From Escherichia phage teqhal: 64,000 nucleotides of DNA. The position numbers and the translations under genes were made by a program. Under the pieces are notes generated by a model. The model had not been told where the DNA came from, searched no databases, and worked only from the letters and a program-made list of their open reading frames with translations. The stretch lies in the sequence record MN895435.1. One strand, given 5' to 3'. Below, piece after piece: positions 31,436 to 40,764 of this stretch. Numbering within the stretch: the stretch's first letter is position 1; every line of letters begins with the position of its first letter.

Positions 31436-31603
31436 ATGTCAGATAAGATTTGTGTTGTCTGTAAAACTCCAATCGATTCTGCATTGGTTGTTGAAACAGA
31501 CAAAGGTCCTGTACATCCTGGGCCTTGTTATAATTACATTAAAGAACTACCAGTTTCAGAAAGTTCGGAAGAACAATTAAATGAAACACAACTTTTGCTA
31601 TAG
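31436..31603 (+). CDS. small Cys-rich protein (55 aa, CxxC...PGPC; T4 uvsY.-2 position)
   Basis: Hand-translated MSDKICVVCKTPIDSALVVETDKGPVHPGPCYNY...; SD agaggag 31423-31429; below ORF-track length cut-off. Confidence 0.6.
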   Translation: MSDKICVVCKTPIDSALVVETDKGPVHPGPCYNYIKELPVSESSEEQLNETQLLL

Positions 31604-31626
31604 TGTGACCTTTAGTCTATAGTTTT

Positions 31627-31655
31627 GGCCCTTCCTTTTGGTTGGGCCTTTTTTA
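31627..31655 (+). terminator. rho-independent terminator
   Basis: ggccc...gggcc stem followed by ttttttt. Confidence 0.7.
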
Positions 31656-31657
31656 AT

Positions 31658-31888
31658 TTAAAAGCTTTCTTCTACTTCATCGTCTGAATCTTCTAATTCA
31701 GCTCTTTTTCCTGCCAAAGCATCTCTCACAGAGATGTCATCAGTATCTTTTAATTCAGTTTCTTTAACTCTTTTCTTATAATAAGCTTCAAGTTCTTCTA
31801 GACCTTCTATCGTTTGACAAGAGGCAATTTTACCCATAAATTCATCAATAGAAGCTTCATAAAGAAATTGTTTAAATTCTAGTAACAT
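31658..31888 (-). CDS. uvsW.1: UvsW.1 (76 aa from ATG; track ORF starts at upstream TTG)
   Basis: MLLEFKQFLYEASIDEF...; acidic C-terminus; immediately downstream of uvsW. Confidence 0.8.
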   Translation of the reverse strand: MLLEFKQFLYEASIDEFMGKIASCQTIEGLEELEAYYKKRVKETELKDTDDISVRDALAGKRAELEDSDDEVEESF

Positions 31889-31900
31889 CTTTTTCTCCAA

Positions 31901-31914
31901 AGGGCCGAAGCCCT
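31901..31914 (-). other. hairpin between uvsW stop and uvsW.1 ribosome-binding site
   Basis: agggc-cgaa-gccct. Confidence 0.4.
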
Positions 31915-33422
31915 TATAAATTAACTGTTTTCATTACGTAATTAAATTTTTCATCTGCGTAGCGCTGAATACGATCAATGCCGTGTTTTAAAAGATAGTT
32001 CAAATGAACATATTTCTTTTTCGTATTAGCAGATTTTGGCTTAACACCACAATCATCTATGAGGTCCCAGACTGTTGCTATTGTCTTAGAACCATGCTTA
32101 CGTAATACACGACCGATTGTTTGTAATACAATGATTTTTGATTTAACACCGTGCGCTAAAACAACGTGATGTAGATTTTTAACTGAAATACCAGTAGAAA
32201 ATACACCATAACTAGCTACTATAATTATTCCTTTACCGTTTTCAGCTAAGGTTTTCATTACATTGCGGGTTTCGGTATCAACTTCCCCTGATACGTAATA
32301 AACTTTATCATATTCATTTTTAATTAAATCGAAAATAGCTTTACCATGTGATACATGCTTAAACATGACAAAAGCGTTTTCATCTTTTTGTGCAAGCCTA
32401 ATAGCTAATTTAGCGATCCATTTATTTCTTTTACTGAGCCCAGTAATAATTTTTATTTCTTCTTGGTAAGTTTTTCCCTTTAATTTAGTAGTGAACTCAT
32501 CGGGATAGCGAAGAAAAATACTATTAATTTTTAACTCAGTTACTTGTCCATCTTCCATTAATTTAGAAGTCGTTACTGGCTTAAATATTTCGCCAAACAT
32601 TCCAACATACTGCATGATATTAGCTTTGCCATCACGTAATGAACCAGACAAACCAAATTTAAACATGCAGTTATTTAAACCTGATATGATAGATGAAATA
32701 CTTTTTCCTGTAGCAAGATGACATTCATCATTCATCATCATTCCAAACTGTGAGAACCATTCTTTTGGTTGTTTTACTACAGTTTGCCATGTACCAACAA
32801 CGACTGGTGCATCATTTTTATATTTATCATCTTTTGATGCTCCACCGCCGATTTTCTTTATCATTGCATGACTGAATAAACGATAGTCAACAAAGTCATC
32901 AGCCATCTGAGTTGTCAGAGCAGTTGTTGGAACAATGATAAGAATTTTACCTTCATAATTTTCCAAATAATATCGCGCAAGCAAAGCTTGAATTAAAGAT
33001 TTACCTGCAGATGTTGGAAGATTAAGAATTCTACGACGATTAACTAATCCTTCGAACACTGCATCTTTTTGATACCAGTGTGGTTCAATTCTTTTATTTC
33101 CTGAATAGATTTCTAATTTAGAAAGCCATTCATCAAAATCTTTTCTTGATAATTCTTCTTTTTCGTTAATTTGCGGGTCAATCCAGGCTTTATAGCCAAA
33201 GTTATCACAGAACTTTTTAATTTGCCCGACTAAGCCGAATGGAAGAAGACGATTATAATCTAAAAGACGGATTCGTCCATCCCAGTTGCCATATCTGAAG
33301 CGAGGATTAAACCTATATCCATCGGCCTCAAACGAAAAGAAATCTCTTAATTCGTGGAACGTGCTCTCTTCACAATCGATGCGTACATGGCTGAAGTCGT
33401 GAAAATGTACTTTAATATCCAT
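31914..33422 (-). CDS. uvsW: UvsW DNA/RNA helicase (SF2)
   Basis: 502-aa ORF; Walker A TSAGKS, DECH box (NDECHLATG); matches recalled T4 UvsW. Confidence 0.93.
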   Translation of the reverse strand: MDIKVHFHDFSHVRIDCEESTFHELRDFFSFEADGYRFNPRFRYGNWDGRIRLLDYNRLLPFGLVGQIKKFCDNFGYKAWIDPQINEKEELSRKDFDEWLSKLEIYSGNKRIEPHWYQKDAVFEGLVNRRRILNLPTSAGKSLIQALLARYYLENYEGKILIIVPTTALTTQMADDFVDYRLFSHAMIKKIGGGASKDDKYKNDAPVVVGTWQTVVKQPKEWFSQFGMMMNDECHLATGKSISSIISGLNNCMFKFGLSGSLRDGKANIMQYVGMFGEIFKPVTTSKLMEDGQVTELKINSIFLRYPDEFTTKLKGKTYQEEIKIITGLSKRNKWIAKLAIRLAQKDENAFVMFKHVSHGKAIFDLIKNEYDKVYYVSGEVDTETRNVMKTLAENGKGIIIVASYGVFSTGISVKNLHHVVLAHGVKSKIIVLQTIGRVLRKHGSKTIATVWDLIDDCGVKPKSANTKKKYVHLNYLLKHGIDRIQRYADEKFNYVMKTVNL

Positions 33423-33424
33423 AA

Positions 33425-34042
33425 TTATGCCTTACTAAATTTGCCTTTAGAATCTCTTTTCATGAGACGACCTTTAATAAATCCGTCGGGAATAATACCG
33501 TCTGGTTGTATTAATTTATTTATTGCACCGTTATTGACCCAAAAAGTTCCTGTGGTAGTCGGTTTGACTTTACATCCTTTTCTGGACTTTCTATTAGGAT
33601 GAACCATTCCTTTTACAAATCCTTCTGGAACAAGTTCTCCAGGTTTAATAAAAATATTTTTAGTTCCATTGGTGTAACAAGTTGTACCTAATACCGTGCC
33701 CGGTGAGTTTTCAAATCTCTTAGCGGAAGATTCTTTCATCTTTGCTATAACCTCTGTAGTCATAACAATTCCACCAATTCCACCAGGTTTCATATTATAA
33801 TAATTTTTGCTTTTTATTATTTCAGGAGTTATAATTTCTTCTTCATACATGTACGCTTCTTCGGAAGTTTTAAACTCTTTTAGTATTGTTCTAGAGAAAT
33901 TGTTTTCACCATATTTCTTTATAGCCTGCTGAATTGCCTTACCGGAACCAAGGTAACCATCATTCAAGTCATCAGTAGAGTGTTTTCCTATATACTTTTT
34001 ACCGTTTATTAGATTTGTTGTTTCATATACAAAGTGGTACAT
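33425..34042 (-). CDS. GIY-YIG homing-endonuclease-like protein (seg-like)
   Basis: 205-aa ORF; N-terminal HFVYETTNLINGKKYIGKH matches GIY-(10-11)-YIG spacing. Confidence 0.75.
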   Translation of the reverse strand: MYHFVYETTNLINGKKYIGKHSTDDLNDGYLGSGKAIQQAIKKYGENNFSRTILKEFKTSEEAYMYEEEIITPEIIKSKNYYNMKPGGIGGIVMTTEVIAKMKESSAKRFENSPGTVLGTTCYTNGTKNIFIKPGELVPEGFVKGMVHPNRKSRKGCKVKPTTTGTFWVNNGAINKLIQPDGIIPDGFIKGRLMKRDSKGKFSKA

Positions 34043-34070
34043 ACTATTTTCCGAGTAATAAATATATCTA

Positions 34071-34078
34071 TATTTATA
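34071..34078 (-). promoter_or_regulatory. late promoter (TATAAATA on minus strand) upstream of the seg-like gene
   Basis: TATTTATA on plus strand 29 bp upstream of the minus-strand start. Confidence 0.55.
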
Positions 34079-34091
34079 CTGAGGAAATATT

Positions 34092-34772
34092 ATGATAGAT
34101 AAAGATTATATTGCAGAGCTGAAGGCTCTTGATGATAACAAAGAAGCTAAAGCTAAATTAGCTGAATATGCTGAACAGTTTGGTATAAAGGTCAAAAAGA
34201 ATAAATCTTTTGATAATATCGTTGTTGATATTGAAGAAGCCCTCCAGAAGCTCGCTAGTGAACCTATGCCGGAGACTGATGGGTTATCTATTAAAGACTT
34301 AATTGATGCTGCTGATGCTGCAGAGGGGTTAAAATATGACGATGAAGAAGTCAATCCAGAGGCAGCACTTCTGATTGATTCTCCGGTTAAATCTGACATT
34401 AAAATTGAAGTAGTAGAAATGGATAAAATTCCTGAAAATACCGATGTTTTGATTGAAGATACTCCTTTTGTTGAAGAAAAATTCGAGCAGGCTGTAGCTG
34501 AGATTATTGAATCTGAAAAGCCGTCTGTATTTACTCTTCCGGAAAACTTTAGTCCGAATCTTCAGCTGATTGGAAAAAATCCAGGATTCTGTACCGTTCC
34601 TTGGTGGATTTACCAGTGGATTGCTGAAACTCCGGATTGGAAATCTCACCCAACTAGTTTTGAACACGCGTCGGCGCACCAAACTTTATTTAGCTTAATT
34701 TATTACATTAATCGCGACGGATCAGTTCTAATTCGTGAAACACGTAATTCTTCTTTCGTAACATTAAAATAA
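34092..34772 (+). CDS. inh: Inh, inhibitor of prohead protease gp21
   Basis: 226-aa ORF; size and position (before hoc) as T4 Inh. Confidence 0.8.
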   Translation: MIDKDYIAELKALDDNKEAKAKLAEYAEQFGIKVKKNKSFDNIVVDIEEALQKLASEPMPETDGLSIKDLIDAADAAEGLKYDDEEVNPEAALLIDSPVKSDIKIEVVEMDKIPENTDVLIEDTPFVEEKFEQAVAEIIESEKPSVFTLPENFSPNLQLIGKNPGFCTVPWWIYQWIAETPDWKSHPTSFEHASAHQTLFSLIYYINRDGSVLIRETRNSSFVTLK

Positions 34773-34781
34773 GGATAACTT

Positions 34782-36200
34782 ATGGCTTTTACAGTTGATA
34801 TAACTCCTAAAACACCTACTGGAGTTATAGATCAGACTCAGCAGTTTACTGCTACACCCAGTGGTCAAACTGGAGATGGACCTATTACATATGCTTGGAC
34901 TGTAGACGACGCTCCACAGGAAGAAACGTCAGCAACTTTTAGTTATGTATTAAAAGGACCTGCCGGTCAAAAGACTATTAAAGTAGTTGCAACAAATCAA
35001 GTTGCCGATAGTAGTCCCGAAACAGCTGAAATTAGTACAACTATCACAGTTCAAAATAAGACACAAACGACTACCTTAGCTGTAACTCCTAATAGTCCTC
35101 CGGAAGGAGTAATCGGAACAGCTGTTGAATTTACCGCTGCTTTGGCTTCGCAGCCATCAGGCGCATCTGCTACGTATCAATGGTACGTTGACGGTTCTCC
35201 TGTGAGCGAAGCGACTAGCGCTACATTCAATTACACTCCTGACACAAGCGGAGTTAAAACAATCAAGTGTGTGGCTCAAGTAACCGCGACAGATTATGAT
35301 GCAAAAGAAGTTACTTCTAATGAAGTGTCATTGACTGTTAATAAAAAGACACAGATAACTACTTTGGCAGTAACTCCCGATAGTCCTTCAGCTGGAGTAA
35401 TTGGAACACCAGTTCAATTTACTGCTGCCTTAGCTTCTCAACCTGATGGAGCATCTGCTACGTATCAGTGGTATGTAGATGATTCACAAGTTGGTGGAGA
35501 AACTAACTCTACATTTAGCTATACTCCAACTACAAGTGGAGTAAAAAGAATTAAATGCGTAGCCCAAGTAACTGCTGAAAATTACAATGAAAAGGAAGTT
35601 ACTTCGAATGAAGTATCATTAACAGTTAATAAGAAGACAATGAATCCACAGGTTACATTGACTCCTCCTTCTATTAACGTTCAACAAGATGCTTCGGCTA
35701 CATTTACTGCTAATGTCACTGATGCTCCAGAAGAAGCGCAAATTGCGTATTCATGGAAGAAAGATTCTTCTCCTGTAGAAGGGTCAACTAATGTATATAC
35801 CGTTGATACCTCATCTATTGGAAGTCAAACTATTGAAGTTACTGCAACTGTTACTGCTGCTGATTATGATAGCAAAACTATTACGGCGGAAGGTCAAGTT
35901 CAGGTAACTGGTAAAGTTGCTCCAGAGCCAGAAGGTGAATTACCTTATGTTCATCCTCTTCCACATCGTACTTCAGCTTACATCTGGTGTGGTTGGTGGG
36001 TTATGGATGAAATCCAAAAAATGACCGAAGAAGGTAAAGATTGGAAAACTGACGATCCAGATAGTAAGTACTACTTGCATCGTTACACTCTCCAGAAGAT
36101 GATGAAAGACTATCCAGAAGTTGATGTTCAAGAATCACGTAATGGATACATCATTCATAAAACTGCTTTAGAAACTGGTATCATCTATACCTATCCATAA
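34782..36200 (+). CDS. hoc: Hoc outer capsid decoration protein with four tandem Ig-like domains
   Basis: 472 aa; N- and C-terminal regions match recalled T4 Hoc (376 aa); extra 96-aa Ig-like domain from internal tandem repeat. Confidence 0.9.
   Translation: MAFTVDITPKTPTGVIDQTQQFTATPSGQTGDGPITYAWTVDDAPQEETSATFSYVLKGPAGQKTIKVVATNQVADSSPETAEISTTITVQNKTQTTTLAVTPNSPPEGVIGTAVEFTAALASQPSGASATYQWYVDGSPVSEATSATFNYTPDTSGVKTIKCVAQVTATDYDAKEVTSNEVSLTVNKKTQITTLAVTPDSPSAGVIGTPVQFTAALASQPDGASATYQWYVDDSQVGGETNSTFSYTPTTSGVKRIKCVAQVTAENYNEKEVTSNEVSLTVNKKTMNPQVTLTPPSINVQQDASATFTANVTDAPEEAQIAYSWKKDSSPVEGSTNVYTVDTSSIGSQTIEVTATVTAADYDSKTITAEGQVQVTGKVAPEPEGELPYVHPLPHRTSAYIWCGWWVMDEIQKMTEEGKDWKTDDPDSKYYLHRYTLQKMMKDYPEVDVQESRNGYIIHKTALETGIIYTYP
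35061..35636 (+). repeat. in-frame tandem duplication (2 x 288 bp) encoding two Ig-like domains within hoc
   Basis: aa 94-189 and 190-285 align end to end (TQ[T/I]TTLAVTP...EVSLTVNKK), ~80% aa identity. Confidence 0.85.
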
Positions 36201-36204
36201 TCAT

Positions 36205-36232
36205 AAGGGGCTTCGGCCCCTTTCTTCATTTT
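36205..36232 (+). terminator. rho-independent terminator after hoc
   Basis: ggggc-ttcg-gcccc followed by tttcttcatttt. Confidence 0.75.
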
Positions 36233-36289
36233 GAAAGCACACAAAACACAATCAGAAAATGATGTATATAATGGCACCAACTCGATAAC

Positions 36290-36505
36290 ATGAGATTGAT
36301 TATGAGAACTGAGGTTGTGGTGTTTACTCTTCATGAGTCTGGAAAGTCATTCATTGAAATTGCTCGTGAATTAAACTTACAGGCAAAAGAAGTGGCTGTA
36401 TTATGGGCTCGAGCTATGACTGCTAAGAATAAATTTGAAACTCGAGAAAAAGTTGTCTATAGAAAAAGACATATCAATAAAAAGGTGAAAAATGGAACAG
36501 TATGA
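36290..36505 (+). CDS. hypothetical protein (71 aa, T4 24.3 position)
   Basis: ORF. Confidence 0.55.
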   Translation: MRLIMRTEVVVFTLHESGKSFIEIARELNLQAKEVAVLWARAMTAKNKFETREKVVYRKRHINKKVKNGTV

Positions 36506-36770
36506 TCTTTATGAAAATGAATCTTTTGCTAATCAATTACGTGAAAAAGCATTAAAAAGTAAACAGTTTAAGCTAGAGTGTTTTATTAAAGATTTTTCAG
36601 AACTTGCTAATAAAGCAGCTGAACAAGGTAAAACATATTTTAGTTATTATTGTACTGCTCGCGATAAATTGATTACTGAGGAAATTGGTGATTGGCTGAG
36701 AAAAGAAGGATTTAATTTTAAAGTCAATAGTGATCAGCGTGATGGTGATTGGTTAGAAATTACATTTTGA
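36492..36770 (+). CDS. hypothetical protein (92 aa, T4 24.2 position)
   Basis: ORF. Confidence 0.6.
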   Translation: MEQYDLYENESFANQLREKALKSKQFKLECFIKDFSELANKAAEQGKTYFSYYCTARDKLITEEIGDWLRKEGFNFKVNSDQRDGDWLEITF

Positions 36771-36779
36771 GGATTAATT

Positions 36780-37784
36780 ATGTTTAAAAAGTATAGCAGT
36801 CTTGAAAATCATTACAACTCTAAATTTATTGAAAAACTTTATAGCTTAGGATTGACTGGCGGCGAATGGGTAGCTCGTGAAAAGATTCACGGCACAAATT
36901 TCTCATTGATTATTGAGCGTGATAAAGTAACTTGCGCTAAACGTACTGGACCGATTCTTCCTTCTGAAGATTTCTTCGGTTATGAAATTATTTTAAAGAA
37001 TTACGAAGATTCTATTAAAGCTGTCCAAGAAATTATGGAAACTTCAGCTGTTGTGACTTATCAAGTTTTTGGCGAATTCGCTGGACCTGGCATTCAGAAG
37101 AATGTTGATTATGGCGATAAAGATTTTTATGTATTTGACATTATTGTCACTACCGAAAGTGGTGATGTAACTTATGTTGATGATTACATGATGGAATCGT
37201 TTTGTAATTCATTTGGGTTTAAAATCGCTCCACTTTTGGGTCGTGGTAAATTTGAAGATCTTATTAAACTTCCAAATGATTTGGATTCTGTTATTCCGTC
37301 TTATAATTTTACCGTAGATAATGCAGGTTTAATTGACGCTAACAAATGTGTTTGGAAAGCTGAAGCCAAAGGCGAAGTATTTACCGCTGAAGGATATGTA
37401 TTGAAACCTTGTTATCCTTCTTGGCTGCCTAATCGCAATCGTGTAGCCATCAAATGCAAGAATTCTAAATTTAGTGAAAAGAAAAAGTCTGATAAGCCTA
37501 TTAAAGCTAAAGTTGAACTGTCAGAAGCTGATAACAAATTGGTGGGGATTTTAGCTTGTTACGTTACACTGAACCGAGTAAATAACGTTATTTCTAAAAT
37601 TGGCGAAATTGGTCCAAAGGATTTTGGAAAGGTGATGGGGCTAACTGTTCAAGATATTTTGGAAGAAACTTCTCGTGAAGGTATTACTCTAACTCAAGCG
37701 GATAATCCTTCTTTGATTAAAAAGGAATTAGTTAAAATGGTACAAGATGTACTTCGTCCAGCTTGGATTGAGTTGGTGAGCTAA
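36780..37784 (+). CDS. rnlB: RNA ligase 2
   Basis: 334 aa [24 protein letters not shown]...; adenylation lysine in [10 protein letters not shown]; matches recalled T4 Rnl2. Confidence 0.93.
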   Translation: MFKKYSSLENHYNSKFIEKLYSLGLTGGEWVAREKIHGTNFSLIIERDKVTCAKRTGPILPSEDFFGYEIILKNYEDSIKAVQEIMETSAVVTYQVFGEFAGPGIQKNVDYGDKDFYVFDIIVTTESGDVTYVDDYMMESFCNSFGFKIAPLLGRGKFEDLIKLPNDLDSVIPSYNFTVDNAGLIDANKCVWKAEAKGEVFTAEGYVLKPCYPSWLPNRNRVAIKCKNSKFSEKKKSDKPIKAKVELSEADNKLVGILACYVTLNRVNNVISKIGEIGPKDFGKVMGLTVQDILEETSREGITLTQADNPSLIKKELVKMVQDVLRPAWIELVS

Positions 37785-37787
37785 ATA

Positions 37788-37811
37788 AAAAGGGACCTTT
37801 CGGTCCCTTTG
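37788..37811. terminator. bidirectional terminator between convergent rnlB and gene 24
   Basis: aagggacc-tttc-ggtccctt; U-run on the minus-strand side. Confidence 0.7.
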
Positions 37812-37813
37812 CT

Positions 37814-39097
37814 TTATTCATCAATGATAATTTTTGGTAATTTAACACCTAATAAAACAGACAAATCTGAACGACCCGCCATTTTATCCATGTCTCCACC
37901 ATCAATTATTCTTGCTTCTTTTTCATCTTTTGCTACGGTATAAGGATTTGCTGATAAAGCATATCTAACTAATAAACCGATAGACGGCTGTAAGCTTTCT
38001 GGATCAACAACAACTTTAAATGCACCTACATGTTCAGGGTCATCTAAGTCGAGACCTTCTGTATACGGAGCATAGAAAATTGATCCAACAATTTCTTTTT
38101 CACCGATATTTTCTACTACGCCAACGATTACATAATCTAATGGGCTGTTAGTATCGCAATAAAGTGGTAAACCATTAGCTAAAAACCCATAGGCATTTTG
38201 TGAAAGATATTTATCATCTTCTGGTTTATGTTTTAACCAACCTGATGCAGCAAGAATCGCAGCAGCACGAGCTGAAGCAACACAGAACGTTGCTGTATAA
38301 GTTGATTCTTTTTGGATATGTGAAACCATTTCACATACCATTCGATATAATGAACGACCAGCTTCAGGTGCAGATGCATAACTCAAATCAATGAATCCAG
38401 TATCAGTAATTCCTGTAACTTTATAACGTTTTGATACTGTAATCAAAGACTGCAGAATATCTTTATTGATTTCATCTGCCATTTCAGTTGCAAGCAAATC
38501 TTCCAAGAAATTAGGAGCATCGAATCCATTTGCTTCTAAATCTTGTGCTAATTCAACTGTGATACCAGTTTTAAGTTTGCGAGATTTAACTGCGGTTTGC
38601 CATTTATTAATCTGGAATCTAGCATCCGCAATTTCACTATCAGAACTTTCAAATTTGCTTGTTGACGCTGCGTCAGAAAATAGACGAACCTTTAAAAGAA
38701 CAATTGCAATCTGAAGAGCTAATTCTAAATCGCTTTCTTCAATATCAGCAAATGGAGTATCTTCTAATACTTTATAAACGATATTATTATATTTGAATAA
38801 ATCGCCTTTATTGAGAGTTAATTTAGACTCTTCTGTTAATTCTGTGATTTGTTCTCGGTCTACATATCCAGCTTCGCCAGCATAAGTAGCACCAGTTTTA
38901 AATGTAAATTCGTTGTCTGGGTTAAGGTATTTGATACCATAAAAAGCAGCAACAGGTTGATTAGTTCTTTGCGTTGCTACAATGTCAGAATATATTAATT
39001 TAGTGGTAGCGCGAGTCAAAGCAACGAGATTTGGGCGACCGATTGAGTTGCTATTCGTTGTGGTTGATTCGCGCAGAAGTTCGTTGATTTTAGCCAT
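37814..39097 (-). CDS. 24: head vertex protein
   Basis: 427-aa ORF, paralogous to gp23; size and position as T4 gp24. Confidence 0.92.
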   Translation of the reverse strand: MAKINELLRESTTTNSNSIGRPNLVALTRATTKLIYSDIVATQRTNQPVAAFYGIKYLNPDNEFTFKTGATYAGEAGYVDREQITELTEESKLTLNKGDLFKYNNIVYKVLEDTPFADIEESDLELALQIAIVLLKVRLFSDAASTSKFESSDSEIADARFQINKWQTAVKSRKLKTGITVELAQDLEANGFDAPNFLEDLLATEMADEINKDILQSLITVSKRYKVTGITDTGFIDLSYASAPEAGRSLYRMVCEMVSHIQKESTYTATFCVASARAAAILAASGWLKHKPEDDKYLSQNAYGFLANGLPLYCDTNSPLDYVIVGVVENIGEKEIVGSIFYAPYTEGLDLDDPEHVGAFKVVVDPESLQPSIGLLVRYALSANPYTVAKDEKEARIIDGGDMDKMAGRSDLSVLLGVKLPKIIIDE

Positions 39098-39124
39098 TGC
39101 GCTTTCCTTTTGGTTTATATGATT

Positions 39125-39132
39125 TATTTATA
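39125..39132 (-). promoter_or_regulatory. late promoter for gene 24
   Basis: TATTTATA on plus strand 28 bp upstream of the start. Confidence 0.7.
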
Positions 39133-39148
39133 CCATAAAAACAACTAA

Positions 39149-39167
39149 AGGGACCCGAAGGTCCCTT
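39149..39167 (-). terminator. terminator-like hairpin after gene 23
   Basis: gggacc-cgaa-ggtccc, U-rich tract follows on the minus strand. Confidence 0.6.
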
Positions 39168-39180
39168 AAATCGTCAAAGA

Positions 39181-40746
39181 TTAGATACCTTTAACATATA
39201 CACGGCGGAAGTAAGCGTTTTTACCAAGGCTATTCAGAATAGAAGGCATACCGCTCTGGATGCGAGAAGCCGGAGCCTGAGCAGCGGCTTCTGCAAATGG
39301 GTTGATACCGATACCGTAACGAGTTTTGAATCCCATTACCGGTTGGAAGTTCTTCGGATCGGAACCACGCAGCGGAGTCAGAGCTACATATGGAGCATAG
39401 TAAATACCAGCATCCATTTCGTTCGGACCTTTATAACCTACAGTGAAATAATCCTGTTTAGCATACTGGTCGATATATACACGGTATTTACCACCCAGAA
39501 CACCAGCAAATACTGACTTGGTAGTATCAGTGTTAAAGCCGGTAGCCAGACCTTGTGCAGCATAAGAAATGCCGGTATCAACTGAAGCCAGAACGTTAAC
39601 TACGTTACGGGAAGCGATAATGAAGTTACCTTCACCACGACCGGTCTGACGAGCAATTTCAACTGCTTCTTTGTCAATCTGGAACAACAGAGCTTTAAAG
39701 GATTCACCCGCCCAGCGAGCACCACGAATATCGATTGGGTCCTGGAAGTCAAATACACCAGCTTTAGAACCCGGAGTCAGGGTCATACCAGATTTACCAA
39801 CCTGAGCAGAGTAGTTAATCCAATCAACAACTTCACGGTTGATTTCCAGCATAATTTCGGTAGCCAGAATACCAGACAGTTCAGCATCAGCATCCATACC
39901 ATGAACAGCGCGGAGGTCTTGTGCTAATTCAATAGAGTAAGCAGCTTTCAGCTGGCGAGATTTAGCTTCGATAACTTGTTTATCGATACGGAAGCCCATT
40001 TCATTCCATGGGTTATCGGTAGAACCGTTAAAACCTTCCTGAAGTTCGGCGATAGAAGTAGCCATGCCTTCAGCGATTTCTACCAGTGCACCTGCTTCCA
40101 TTTGTTTCTTAATTTCAGCATCTAATTTAGCTGCATCAGTTGCACCTGAATCAAGTGTTACTTGAGCAGAAGCTTGCAGATATACAGTACCAGTTTCCTG
40201 GAAGAAGTGAGTATAGATATCACCTACTGTAGTTTGTGTGTCAGCAGCCAGAGCCGGGAATTTCTTAGCAGCACCCTGACCAGAGAACATTGCATCTGGA
40301 CCATACATTGGGTGGAATGCTTCTTTAGCGCCGGAAGCGATTGGGTCTTTACCATATACCGCACGAAGTGCGAATACCTGACCAGTCGGGCTGTTCATCG
40401 GCTGAACACCGCAAATATCGAAAGCAATCAGGTTAGGAATAGCACGACGTACCATACCCATAACAGCCGGGCCAATCTGGGTTACTGCGCCAGAAGTCTG
40501 ACCTGCAGCGATGTTGGTAGCATTGTAACCATGGTCACCACCAATTTCAGCTTCTGTTAAGAAAGAACCGAATGCCTGAGCAATTTTTTCGTCTTTATAT
40601 TCCGGAGCTGTCTGGAAATCTTTTTCCTGGTTTTCAAAGATTTTAGCGATAATCGCTTGTTTGCTATTAGCAATTTCCGGTAAACCTTCACCTTCCAGTA
40701 ATGGCTTCCATTTGTTCAAAAGTTCAGCTTTAGTTTTGATAGTCAT
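39181..40746 (-). CDS. 23: major capsid protein
   Basis: 521-aa ORF MTIKTKAELLNKWKPLLEGEGLPEIANSK...; matches recalled T4 gp23. Confidence 0.97.
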   Translation of the reverse strand: MTIKTKAELLNKWKPLLEGEGLPEIANSKQAIIAKIFENQEKDFQTAPEYKDEKIAQAFGSFLTEAEIGGDHGYNATNIAAGQTSGAVTQIGPAVMGMVRRAIPNLIAFDICGVQPMNSPTGQVFALRAVYGKDPIASGAKEAFHPMYGPDAMFSGQGAAKKFPALAADTQTTVGDIYTHFFQETGTVYLQASAQVTLDSGATDAAKLDAEIKKQMEAGALVEIAEGMATSIAELQEGFNGSTDNPWNEMGFRIDKQVIEAKSRQLKAAYSIELAQDLRAVHGMDADAELSGILATEIMLEINREVVDWINYSAQVGKSGMTLTPGSKAGVFDFQDPIDIRGARWAGESFKALLFQIDKEAVEIARQTGRGEGNFIIASRNVVNVLASVDTGISYAAQGLATGFNTDTTKSVFAGVLGGKYRVYIDQYAKQDYFTVGYKGPNEMDAGIYYAPYVALTPLRGSDPKNFQPVMGFKTRYGIGINPFAEAAAQAPASRIQSGMPSILNSLGKNAYFRRVYVKGI

Positions 40747-40764
40747 TTGTGTTAACCTTTAAAA

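Noticed and set aside
35061-35636. Tandem 288-bp repeats considered as a possible CRISPR-like array or mobile-element repeat
   Set aside because: The repeats are in-frame within hoc, encode Ig-like domains, have no spacers, and differ mainly at synonymous sites.
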